The notes under the pieces are model-generated. The model was not told the DNA's origin. It ran no database searches and saw only the letters and a program-made list of their open reading frames with translations. A stretch of 63,013 nucleotides of DNA, filler included, from Choristocarpus tenellus KU-1152 (taxonomy: Eukaryota > Protista > Phaeophyceae): assembly GCA_964200185.2 (NCBI GenBank). It is 14 parts of 14 records of this genome, joined end to end, with 100 filler letters (N's around TTAATTAATTAA, not from the genome) between each part and the next. Parts side by side here need not be neighbours in the genome. Positions count along the whole stretch, not along the records: positions 49,725 to 54,209 come from CAXNAD020014336.1; positions 54,310 to 59,366 come from CAXNAD020012015.1; positions 59,467 to 63,013 come from CAXNAD020019334.1; 11 more parts are not named here. One strand, written 5' to 3'. Each line of letters begins with the position of its first letter. The stretch's first letter is position 1. Of this stretch, positions 52,273 through 63,013 are shown piece after piece. Position numbers and translations under genes: made by a program.

Positions 52273-52344
52273 GCATGGATCGTATAGTGGTTAGTACACC
52301 ACATTGTGGCTGTGGCAACCCGGGTTCGATTCCCGGTCCGTGCA
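52273..52344 (+). tRNA. trnH: tRNA-His (GUG), identical second copy
   Basis: 72 nt identical to 50190-50261, followed by TTTT. Confidence 0.96.
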
Positions 52345-53662
52345 TTTTGCGAAATTTGGTCTACAACAAATGGATTAGTGTTCTTTTCCAACGAAAGGAT
52401 TTACTGTAAGAGGGAGATTATAATCGATATATAATTCTTGTGGAGTATCGAAATTCCTCCTCCTCCCCTTGAAGAATGAGTGCGTGTGGAATAATAGGTG
52501 TAATTGAGAAAAAGATATGTCTTCTTGGTACATGATTAGAAAAGGGAAGAGCAAATGGGTGTGGCTGAAGGATGGATACCTTCGCAGTATGATGGGATAC
52601 CTTCGCAGTATGATGGGATGAGTGACTTACGTAAGTAGACAGAATAAAGGTCAAAGTCCAAGGCAGGCGTAGATGAACAAAGGGGGGCAGGATTAAGGCA
52701 ACTTCTGAGCAATCTTTCCCATCCTCCCACCCTCTTCATTGCTCATGATTGAGTGGGATGTTGCGAGGGAGGGCGAGTGGTGTAGATGCCTTCTAGTTCA
52801 AGAATGCACACCATGGGAGTGAGTGGATGAAGGTGGAGTGTCTCGGATGATCGTGGGGTGTCCTTGGATGAATGCAGAGTGGTGTGGAATAATGTGGAGT
52901 GTCGTTTTAGGATAATTTGTGTGCGAGCGGAATCGCGTAAATCGGTCGCGTTGATTGGTCATGGGTTACCAGAGGCGTAAAGTGGCCGCACTGGTTTGTA
53001 CGTGGATATCATAAGTGGAGAGTGGCTGCATAGTTGGTGTGGTAGCAAAATGATGATTTGATGGTAGTGTGGTATGGAGTGAGTGGTGTGTCAGCTGAGG
53101 GGAGTGGAGTGGATGCAAAGCTAAGACGAGGCTAACTAAAATACCCAGGATTCACAAGTTGAATTTCGTGCACTGAAAAATGGAGAAAAATGGCGCACTA
53201 ACAGTAGTACGTCCATGATGTATGTGTTCGAAGGATTTTTCCTTCCAGTGAAACATGTTTTTGATCATGCAACGTCCAACGTCGTAAACATACTATACGG
53301 ACTGTACGCTCACTAGCTGTGCCATCTGTTACATCCCCAAAAACAAGCCCGGAAAGTCTTAGCTGTAGGGGGACGACGAGGCAGGTCTGGCACAAGAGTT
53401 GAGGGAAGAAGAGGAGGAGCAACGAGCACTAGGATGGCTGCACCCACCCTGCCAGAAGCAATGCATAAACGAAGGCTCGTAGTGCAACAAAAGAGTTACA
53501 GTTCGGATGTAAATGGTGCCTCTGAACTCTTACCACGCTGACCCAAATGTTTCATACTGCAGAACTACAAGGATTATTTATATATCCACTAACAATATCG
53601 TTGATGTTAGTAAATACTGTCGTGTAGAGGGAACAAGAAGAAACATAGTGCATTTACAGTAA

Positions 53663-53794
53663 CCATCCGACGTATGCAACCAAATCACCCAAAAATCACG
53701 ACATGAAAAAATTGACCCCAAATGGACAGCTGCCACCCCCTCTCAGATACTTTTAGCCAAGGCAAAACTCGTACCCTCTAAGATACTTTCACTC
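53663..53794. mobile_element. Composite of a MITE-B half (53663-53758) and a MITE-A terminus (~53760-53794)
   Basis: ...CCCCCTCTCAGATACTTTTAGCC directly followed by AAGGCAAAACTCGTACCCTCTAAGATACTTTCACTC. Confidence 0.82.
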
Positions 53795-55875
53795 GAAACC
53801 AGACCAAACAAGGTATATATTGCTCTGTGCTCTAGTAGATTCAGAGTTGGAGTGCGTCTCCCGCTGACATGACAAACACAGTCTAGGCACTGGAGACATG
53901 ATAACACGGGACACAGACTGTACCACATTTCCTGAGTCATTTTCAGCACTTACTGAGAGTAGGTGTCGCATACATAAGAACAATCTCAGCTTAGTCTCCA
54001 GAGGTTGGTTGCCACTCAGCGGATGCAAAGATCAAAGTCTATCAACACCTCCACCACCCTCGCCCTCAGGCTTGATGGTCTCAGTCTTTTGTGGTACACT
54101 CATGTGGAACAGGCACCCAGGCTAGCTGTTACAGGCCCCCCTCAATGCTCACCTTCCAGGATGTACAACTCAAACCCAATTCCCAGATTATCGAACGTCA
54201 GCTCAGCGGNNNNNNNNNNNNNNNNNNNNNNNNNNNNNNNNNNNNNNNNNNNNTTAATTAATTAANNNNNNNNNNNNNNNNNNNNNNNNNNNNNNNNNNN
54301 NNNNNNNNNGGGGTCCATGCAAAACCATACACATATTTTCATCAAGGAATGCAGAAATGTAGTGGGGGTGGGGATGGGGGCAGGGAGGCAGAGAGACCAG
54401 TGTTTGATGTAGTGCGGGCAAACTGAAGGTTCCATTCAATTGCGATCTTTTACAATTCTTAGATAAAATGAAACGGTTCGATGTTACATATATTAATACT
54501 ATTAATAAAAAAAATAATATTTTTTGGCTGCCACGGTAGTGTAGAGTGTTTCCAGAAGGGGGCCACAAGTGCCTATTCAAGAGTCCTCACCTTCACAATG
54601 GCCAATAATACAACATTGGTAGAAACAATTTTCTTCGTGGATCCGTAGCAGTGGATCCGTAGCAAGAATAATTTAAAAAACGAGCCAATAGAGTTTTGGG
54701 GCAAATCACGATAGGCAAAAAAAAGAAAATTGCAGTATATCCCGGGCAAGCAATTGAAAACACATTCCAATTGCACCTTGAGGACTTGATTATGTTTGTA
54801 GCCTTGCCGCTCAAAAATGTATCAAGTTGATGGAAGTCTTGTTTGAAAAAGAAAAAGAAAAAATACAAATTTCAAGACAGATTATCTAGTGCTCAACTGT
54901 TGCATCGCATTTACTCTGATACCCGCCGGGCGTAGACATCAAAACTCTTGAACCACACAGAATTTTCTCAACCTGTGACAGGCACACAAACACACACACA
55001 CACACGTGCGTGCGCGTGCATGCCTCATGAGCGCTCACCAAGGATTAATTGATAAATTCCTCCCCCAAAAATAAAACCAATACTCCAGATTAAGTTGTAC
55101 ACTATACTGGTGGCGCATGATGTGTTACGCAGAAGGGAGATTGTAGACAACAGGTTCTTTTAACGGAAGACCATTCAAACGGAGAGAGTGTCTATAAGAC
55201 ACCTTTACACAACCATTGCAAGTTCTACTCATCATTGTGGCTAACAAACGAACCTCCACACACTATAATGCACTCTAGGAACCCAACAACAAACAAAAAT
55301 ATCACCTGTCCTTGCCCTTACTCAAAGCACCGATAATTTTTGAGCGCATTGCACTGTGCGCACTTCGACCATCTTGGGATTACTCCTGTGAGCATTGCCA
55401 CCTGCTAAGGTCAACTCTATAACGAATGAAGTTCTTGCCTGCTGATTCAATTCTGAATTTAATCATTGTGCACAGCGCGCCAATTGAACTTTGTGCAACT
55501 CGAGGGTTCTCCTTGAAACATTGAAAGCCCTGGAGATTATGTCAGGTGTTTTGCAGTCGCCCCCCTTTTGTCCTCATGACACTCATCTACTCTTCAGCAT
55601 CAGAATGTCAGTGCAAGTGCAAAGGTTTTCATTTCTGAAATATAAGTTAAAGAAGAGAGGTTTCATGGTCCTGCCATGGCTGAAGAGGGTGTACTCCCCA
55701 CACAGGAGTGGAAAGGAAGTCGTATAGGGTGTATGTCACGACTGATATTCTGGTGAAAAAAACGTGGATAAAAGAAAAAAGAAGGAGAGTGCAACGCTCG
55801 AGAAAGGAACGGCAGGGGAACATGGATATGGATGATGTACACAATAGACAGATCAGGTTCAGCCCCCAAACCCAC

Positions 55876-57226
55876 CACAACACTCTCAAGGTCCTCCAAC
55901 GATCCACCGTATGCAGGGCCATCCGTGTTGACCATGATCAACCCAGCTCCACTCTCGTAAGCCTGCAAGGTATACGGTCGAAATGTGAAGCGATGTGCGC
56001 CATGAAGGTGCCTAGGGTTGAGCAAGTAGTGTTTGGTTTGTGGCGTGGTGGCATGCTTTTGTGGTTCGAGGTGCGTGGTGTCGAGCGGGATGGTGACAAG
56101 AAAAACAGGGCTTTTTTGGTCTGTTTAAGAGGCGTAGCGCGCAAGAGTTGTGTGTGGGGGAGGGTTACCATATACGCGTGGCGTCGACAGGTGAGATGAA
56201 AGCAAGTGCTGAAGGACTAAATATTTTTGGGTTGGACACGGAATAGTATCTCTGAATACGTAGAATTTGCATACACAGAGGTGGCTGGCAGATAGCGCCA
56301 TAGGGAGTGGCGTCAAAATGAGGCATGCAACCTGGACAAAGCAACGCTAGAGACTATTGTCAATCAGTGACAGTTAGGTGTGGCTTAAGGACAAGAAGCC
56401 ATGATCGCCTTGCCATTACACTACCTTTATGAAAAGTACCATATAAGACCTGCATGTAACACAGTCATTACTCCAGACTGCAAGTACCGAAGGAACAACT
56501 CCTGTTGCTCATACCTTCACGGCGAAGTCGGCCGCACTAGAAAAGTCGGACACGTAGGGGCTCAGGTTTGAGGCCGTGGGTGAGCGTCGCTTGAGGTCAG
56601 CAATGACTAGCATCTGATGGTCATCATCTGGGTCTTTATTTCTTCGGATAGCATTTCTTACGGTATAACTGCTCTGGCTCACGGCGTACGACATACGCAT
56701 CTGTGTCGTAAACAACCATGTCATGTGTTGCAAGATGGGGTGCAAGTGGGTAGGTCAGCATCTAACATTTACAGAAAAGATAGCACCACACAACGCATAC
56801 CCACAGTTTTTGGCTTACAGCGCTGGAAAAAGATCGCAGTTGGTACTACCAAAGCATGCGGGTGCACATCCAACGGGTCGAGCATTTAAATCTTGCCTGG
56901 AGAGGATCATTACTCTCAGAGTGCAACTCCAGCAATTTCTTGACCTCGTACTGTTTTCGCTGGACGATAGCCCTTAACTCATCACCAGGATTGTTGTAGC
57001 CAGCCATGACCATTCTCTGCCGCGGTCTACTGGGGCTGGCGCCCGGTTGAGGAATATTTCCAAGCCAACTCCAACCCTTTACCCGACATCCTCGTAGATC
57101 AACAGTGGGTGCAGCCGTGCGGACCTGGTTGACCTGAAATGTCAAAGCGCGGTCCCATCGCGATGACTGGATGAAAAAAAACAGCAAGAACGCAACAGGG
57201 GATATTGGTAGCCTTGAGTGGGCCAT
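55876..57226 (-). CDS. Indole-3-glycerol-phosphate synthase-like protein (TrpC fold), probably plastid-targeted, 5' exons
   Basis: Exons 57226-56897 (signal peptide...LRAIVQRKQYEVKKL...DPLQ; GC donor), 56700-56515 (LVIADLKRRSPT, cf. LIAEVKKASPS) and 55962-55876 (AYESGAGLIMVNTDGPAYGGSLEDL, cf. AY..GGA..LSVLTD..YF.GS.E.L). Downstream exons were not found. Confidence 0.8.
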
Positions 57227-57491
57227 CACCACAATGAATTGCCACTTAGTGTGTAAAAGAGACAACATAGAGTATTCAACTGACCAAGTGTTAGGGATGT
57301 ACTTGTTATGATTACTAATATAGGTTCTCCACAGTAGAAATAGAGAGGACTGAAACAACAGTACAGTAGTACAGTAATAGTGCAGGACCCATTCCTCTGT
57401 GCGTAACTTGGAGATAATATCTCCGTACCTCACAGCGAGCATAGCACTTTTTCGCTACTATTGGTTTCCCTGCGTGAGTGCAGCCTCAAGG
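57227..57491. promoter_or_regulatory. Putative bidirectional promoter between the IGPS-like and UBR genes
   Basis: Only 265 bp separate the divergent ATGs on one contig. Positional inference only. Confidence 0.5.
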
Positions 57492-58954
57492 ATGGACGAG
57501 GATGCTGAAACTTCTTTAACATCTAGCTACATTTTCGCAGCTCTATTGAAGGAGAGCGAGGATTTGACGGCGCAAAGAGAAGATGGACAAAGATCCCTCC
57601 CTAGTGATACTTCGCTCTTCTCCACTATGCTTCGCGCTGCGCTGTTGCAATCGACGCCAGGGTCGAGTGGGGACACAGGATCAGGGTTGTCGAGTTTCGA
57701 GGTGTTGCACAGAGCATCGGGAGCGCAGGCGTGCCAGATCCTCACCGATCTTCTGACTGCCGACGAGGTTCTCAGTCCCGGGTTCTCTGGTCGGATGGAA
57801 CGCTTTGGTGTGGCAGGGGAATCTCTTTCACCGAGGAAGAAGCTCAGCGCGTTATTAGAGAAGGTCCCTCGCAGGGTTTGCCAGTATGCTTTCAAGAAGA
57901 ATGACATCGTATGGATCTGTAAAGCTTGCCAGTCGGACGAAACTTGTGTACTGTGCAACGAATGCTTCCGAAACAGTGATCACCGTGGACATGAGGTCTA
58001 TTTCTACCATGCTCAGGTACAGGTAGGGAGGTGTTATATGACAGTGGCAATGGCGTCGTGAGGGGAATGGCCTTAGTTACAAGGCAACCCCGCATATACA
58101 ATAAGCGCATTCATCCTCCCTTCCTTTATTACGGCTGATGCGAGCACTGCAGTCACCTGTCTCAAGGTTGAGATGGACCTTGCCCTTTGTAAGTGGCGTC
58201 GTTGTTTCACTCCCCTTTCCCTCTTGGGAGTAGACACCTCCACATATCCTCTCGCTAGCCACACTTAGTCTGACTGGGGAATCTGAGCTAGCCCAGAGTA
58301 CCATGCCCCACGATTTTGACTTGAAAGGCCTCCAGACCGAAGCGTCAGTCCAATTCCCATCTTATTCTGTATTGCTTAAATTAAGTACATGTGATAGTCT
58401 GTTGATGTTATTCTGTAATGTCTTCATAATCACTCCTACATACATAGATGTTGGAGGGAGTACTGCCTTGACTGTTTGGGTAGAGGAATGACCGACTGCA
58501 GAGGGATTCAATCCCATATCTACTTTGCAGGGGGGTAAGCAATCAAAGGGTCATGACCAGTATCCATACATACATGGGTTTTGCCAATCTAACTATGCAA
58601 CACCCTACGAACCGCTTCTCTTTCCGTCCCCCATTACATCCCCTCTCAGCTGCTCCCTTCATCCGAACTAATGCACAGTCATGCCATGCTTGACTGATGA
58701 CTGTTTTGACGTGGTTCTTATTTCTAGCCTTCCTTGAAATCTTTCCTCCGTCTCTGTTAGTGTCGAACTCTCCCTCAGACCACCACCCCCTTGCCCTCTC
58801 TTTCCACCTCTCCCTTGACAAAATAATCTAATATATTGTGATGGACAGGCAGGAGGTTGCTGTGACTGCGGGGATCCTGATGCCTGGGATCCTTCAGGCT
58901 TTTGTCACAAGCATGGGTTAGACAATCGCAATCCACTCCATGACCTTCCCCAAG
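57492..58954 (+). CDS. UBR-box E3 ubiquitin ligase (N-recognin, UBR1/2/PRT6-like), 5' exons
   Basis: Exon 57492-58016 (VCQYAFKKNDIVWICKACQSDETCVLCNECFRNSDHRGHEVYFYHAQ) plus exon 58849-58954 (AGGCCDCGDPDAWDPSGFCHKH) together give a complete zf-UBR. Confidence 0.92.
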
Positions 58955-59466
58955 GTGAATGTGGTTAAGGGGCCATATAAGATGAGACTCCTTGTGGCCA
59001 ATGCTGAGAATGTTTGGGCGATACCATATAAGAGGGGGTGGCGTTGATTTTCAGAGGTCCCTGTGACTGCCTTGTGAAATGTGTGTTTTGATCTCTGTGG
59101 AGGGTGCTTTCGACCAATGTGTTTACAGCTATTCTTACTCTACAGCTACTCATCTACAGGGAGGTTAACTTCCTTTCAGGCATGAGCATGGGGTACATTA
59201 CACGATGTTCAAAAGGGCCTGAAGATCCTGAAAGGTTGAAATCAACCCTGTTCTTAGGTGGTTCTGACTGTTCATTTCTTTGGTGTGTTTCATTGGTGCT
59301 CTCAAGGTCGCCGCTGCCACCCCTCCTTTTTTTATTGTATTTTTTTTCTCTCATGTGTCTTGGTTGNNNNNNNNNNNNNNNNNNNNNNNNNNNNNNNNNN
59401 NNNNNNNNNNTTAATTAATTAANNNNNNNNNNNNNNNNNNNNNNNNNNNNNNNNNNNNNNNNNNNN

Positions 59467-59493
59467 CCCCTCCCCCCCCAGATACTTTGAGTC
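59467..59493. mobile_element. MITE family B terminal fragment at contig edge
   Basis: C-tract followed by CAGATACTTTGAGTC. Confidence 0.7.
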
Positions 59494-59587
59494 TATAACC
59501 CTATATATATCGATTACTAGTTTGTCAGCAAAATATTCTGTGGAACGGAGATGGTCTAGAAGATTACTATTCCAACAATGCTCCAAA

Positions 59588-59601
59588 GGCTCCAAGTATC
59601 T

Positions 59602-59637
<36 letters not shown>

Positions 59638-59796
59638 GGCAGCTGTCCATTCAGGGCCCGTTTTCCATGTTGCGATTTTTGGGGTAATTTGGTTGCGGGC
59701 ATTGAATGGATAACAAAAATACACTTCTCCTTGTCAGGGCTCGAATGGACGCCCTGGTGTAGACCCCCGCCTCCCCCCCCCCAGATACTTTCAGCC
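59588..59796. mobile_element. MITE family B, full copy with an expanded (~35 nt) G tract
   Basis: GGCTCCAAGTATCTG(n)...CCCCAGATACTTTCAGCC; flanks AAA/TAA. Confidence 0.9.
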
Positions 59797-60638
59797 TAAC
59801 CTAGTCTATTTTGCTCCAGAGCAGCAGGTAGGATGTCCAAGTATAAATTACCCCTCTAGAGTTAGGGTACTGAAAAGGTTAGGGTTAGGGTTGAACAGGT
59901 ACGTGCAGAACAAATTTATTTTCTTTATCAAGGATAGAGTAATAATAATAAAAATATATGACCAAGTATGTCCCTTTCTCGGATCATTGTTACTGGAGTA
60001 CTCCGGCATAAAAAAAAAAAGAGAGACAAGGGTCGGCATATGCCATCTATTTCCTTCATCCGGTGCTGCAGTAGGGGAAGACAATTCGAGCGGTCCCCAC
60101 AACTCCAACTTCAATTCAGTTGAGACCCACATCAGGCGCAGGAGCTAGACCGTTCCTAAGTTACAGGTGCCACAAAGTTCTCGTGCTGAGGAATAATTCA
60201 AATAGAAGCACACACTCCCAACTGACTCTGATTGTGGATATCCATGATGAAGAAGCTAGGGTTGCTGTTGGGGGGGTAAGGTCGTACAGATGCTGCACTG
60301 CTGTTGTTGAACGAGTGAATGATTCGTTGTTATGTTAGTTCTAGGGGTACTTCATAGTGGTACTTCATAGGGGTACTTCACACTTGCTTGTATCTATGTG
60401 GTTGGAAACACTTCTCGGACGGACAATATTATTTAACCTCCAGTAGCAATGCAGGCAGTTGCCTTACTTTGCCAGCTCATAGCCCCACACTTGCCCTATT
60501 TCGGTGTGACCCCTCTTCATCTATCCACGCTCTGACCAACACCTTATCTTGCAGTTTTGTACCACCACGTGATTATCACACATTGGCCCTATACCTACAT
60601 GCTATTTTCACTATACTGAACCACTCAAATGTTACCAG

Positions 60639-61586
60639 GTTCGTTTATCTCACTCATCTCCAGAGTACCCCGACATGCATCAAGAAACAATTGCATCTCC
60701 TACTGTTTGGGAGGCCACCTCCGTCATTAACTTGGTGGATTTGGCAGGCAAGATGCAAGTGGTCTGTGGTTGGTAGTTGAAGGTTCGACAGGGATTATAG
60801 GTGACATATTGGAGGAGAATATTCCAGGATTGTTGTAGAGTCTGTGACTTTCAGAGTTTGCAACAGCAGCATTGGTTTTGTTTTTATTTTCAAGGTTATG
60901 GTGATCTTTGGAGAGACAGACTTAGTTTGGTAGGATTTGCAATAACGATTTTGTTGTAAGAGTGTTATCCTGCGATTGAGGGTGTAGTGATCATCTGCAG
61001 GACAAAGAAAAATATTCACTAGTTGAAGGATTCGTGCACATAATGAAAAGTGTTCACCACTTGGTCCTGTAGAATGCATTTCTGTGCAACCTGTTTCCTA
61101 CCCCCTCAAACTAACTGTTAAAGCTTTCTTATCAACTCTATCATTGTTTCCATTATGATGTTCTTATTGATCTCCTTTGTTTTTTCATTTGAAGTTGCTG
61201 ATACTTCTACCATGAGTACATATGCATAATTTAATGCCATTGTACTTAGATCTTGGAATCATTTGGATAGTACCATAGGTAATATCGGCAATTCAAGCGT
61301 GGGTGATACTGCTGTCTCTAATCAGTTTCCTACCCTGCTGACTCAACATTTCTCCAACAATGTCACCAACAATCCATGAAATATAAATAAGTGAGGCATG
61401 TGCCACTTGACTGGAGGAGGTCTCCTCATCGCCCCTTCTCTTCTGCCTCTCTTCTCCCAATGCACAATCATACAATTGTGCCAATAAGGTAGTGAGCGTG
61501 TCTCTCACACAGGTGCCACAGGAGTTCAGCTCAAGGAGGCAGGGAGCATCAACAAGTCCCTTTCAGCGCTGAGTGATGTTATTAAG
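60639..61586 (+). CDS. Kinesin motor domain (switch II region), 2 internal exons
   Basis: Exon 60639-60747 (...EATSVINLVDLA-G, GC donor) plus exon 61489-61586 (GSERVSHTGATGVQLKEAGSINKSLSALSDVIK) rebuilds LVDLAGSER...LKEA..INKSLSAL. Confidence 0.9.
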
Positions 61587-62346
61587 GTCTGACAGAGGTT
61601 CCATCACTACTCGGCAGTGCCCTGAACCTTAGTGCATTTGAAGTGTGCCAAAGATGCACACTATGCCACCTCCTCTTGAAGTGATCAACCCCCCTGAAGG
61701 AATATCTTTGGGCAGTAAGTCCGTGAGACGATATCCCAGCAATGGGTTAGCAATGTCCGGCTGATGCGTTGCTATCACAGGAGTTAAAACAAAAAGTAAG
61801 GGTCTTTGAACAATTTTTCCTAGACAGGTCTACTATATGCATACCAATTCCACCCCTGTGCCTGAATTTCCTATGTAGTATAACCAAACCGTGATTCACT
61901 GGGATTTGACTCTGTCCTAAACTTTGGTAGTGGCTATAGGTCAACAGCACACTTACAACCAGGGAGGAGGAATGCATATCTAACAGCAAGAGGGGGACAG
62001 TCTGGCTAGGGAAATGCAGAACCTAATTTCTACATCTTGATAGTCCTAGAAGCACAGTATGGTGTCGTTTTTCCTCTTCGGGTTGCGTGGTGATTGACAT
62101 TGGAAAACTGGAAGTATCCACAGTCCTTCCTTGGGAGGGCCCTTTTTGTCATCAATCCCTTGTTGGTTTGTGGCGAGGAGACACGAGTCAGAGACTTCAG
62201 AGGTTTTAACCTAAACTATTTTCCCACTCTACAGTTACTTCCTATCTACCGCCTCCTACATTAGATTTACAAGCATATCTCGGTGTGACAGCGAACAAAA
62301 TCGTGGAATTGCCACCACTCTATCAATAAATACTTCGGAGTAGTAC

Positions 62347-62612
62347 GAGTGAAAGTATCTTAGGGTTAGGGTACGAGTTTTGACCTGTTTGTCCATTTGG
62401 GGTTTGGCTTCCCATGGGCTTTTTAATACATTTTCCTTCTCCAAAATGTTTCGGAGTGGGTAAAATGTGTATGTTATTAAAAGGTGTGTTCAGAACATCG
62501 ACATTGACACTTGCTAACACACACAATTGCCAAAATTACATCAAAATTGCAACATTGGACTTTGGCCCCCAAATGGACACGGCTGTACCCTAACCCTGAG
62601 ATACTTTGGCTC
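62347..62612. mobile_element. MITE family A, full copy with telomeric repeats in both TIRs
   Basis: GAGTGAAAGTATCTTAGGGTTAGGGTA...TACCCTAACCCTGAGATACTTTGGCTC; TSD GTAC/GTAC. Confidence 0.92.
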
Positions 62613-62928
62613 GTACACTTCTAGATATTTCATCTCCTGTTGAAGAAATGACTAAGACGATCTTATCTACAGAGTACACCCTGCCACCTTGAAGGCCGCT
62701 GATGCCATGGTCCACGTTTGAGAGACTCGTTGTGATGCATCCACTCCTCCTCAGAACTTGATCTCTTCATCTGTCCGTATTTTCTACGTACTCGCCTTGG
62801 TATAAACATTCACGGTAACTTGTGATGTGGTGTTATATTTTGGTTATACTCGCCAGCAAGAATGTCCACAACAAAAAATTCCATCTTAACTTTCTGTGCT
62901 CCTAATTTAAAACTTAGTGTTATCCTTG

Positions 62929-63013
62929 GGCTCAAAGTATCTGGGGGGGGGCATTTGGGGTCAATTTTTTCATGTCGCGATTTTTGGGTGATTTGGTTGC
63001 ACACATTGGATGG
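62929..63013. mobile_element. MITE family B, cut by window end
   Basis: GGCTCAAAGTATCTGGGGGGGGG...CATTTGGGGTCAATTTTTTCATGTCGCGATTTTTGGGTGATTTGGTTGC. Confidence 0.85.

Noticed and set aside
60597-60620. HAIFTI, resembling the kinesin SSRSHAIFTI motif
   Set aside because: It lacks SSRS, is in a different frame from the supported exon and lies in the acceptor region of the intron.

Overview
Eukaryotic, intron-rich genomic DNA, most likely from a photosynthetic stramenopile (ochrophyte). This is inferred from an MGDG synthase, an IGPS-like protein with a bipartite-looking presequence, and TTAGGG repeats. The window is not one locus: it is 14 contigs of about 2.5-9 kb joined by 13 artificial 100-bp linkers (N44-TTAATTAATTAA-N44), so most genes are truncated and adjacency across linkers means nothing. 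Supported genes are a complete 6-exon SNRNP40 (U5 40K WD40 protein) and partial genes for a BIRC6-like E2 ubiquitin-conjugating enzyme, MGDG synthase, an NDT/SLC25A32-type mitochondrial carrier, a divergent IGPS-like protein head-to-head with a UBR-box N-recognin, a kinesin motor and several unknown proteins. There are also two identical tRNA-His(GUG) genes. Repeats include two abundant MITE families sharing an AAAGTATCT terminal core, RLE-type non-LTR retrotransposon relics, a foldback element and over 25 short interstitial (TTAGGG)n tracts. The most striking signal is that two MITE copies have both termini changed from TTAGAGGG to telomeric TTAGGGTTAGGG, and that telomeric tracts cluster in gene introns. 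This suggests telomerase-like, seed-directed insertion at internal sites. All calls come from reading the sequence; no database searches were run.
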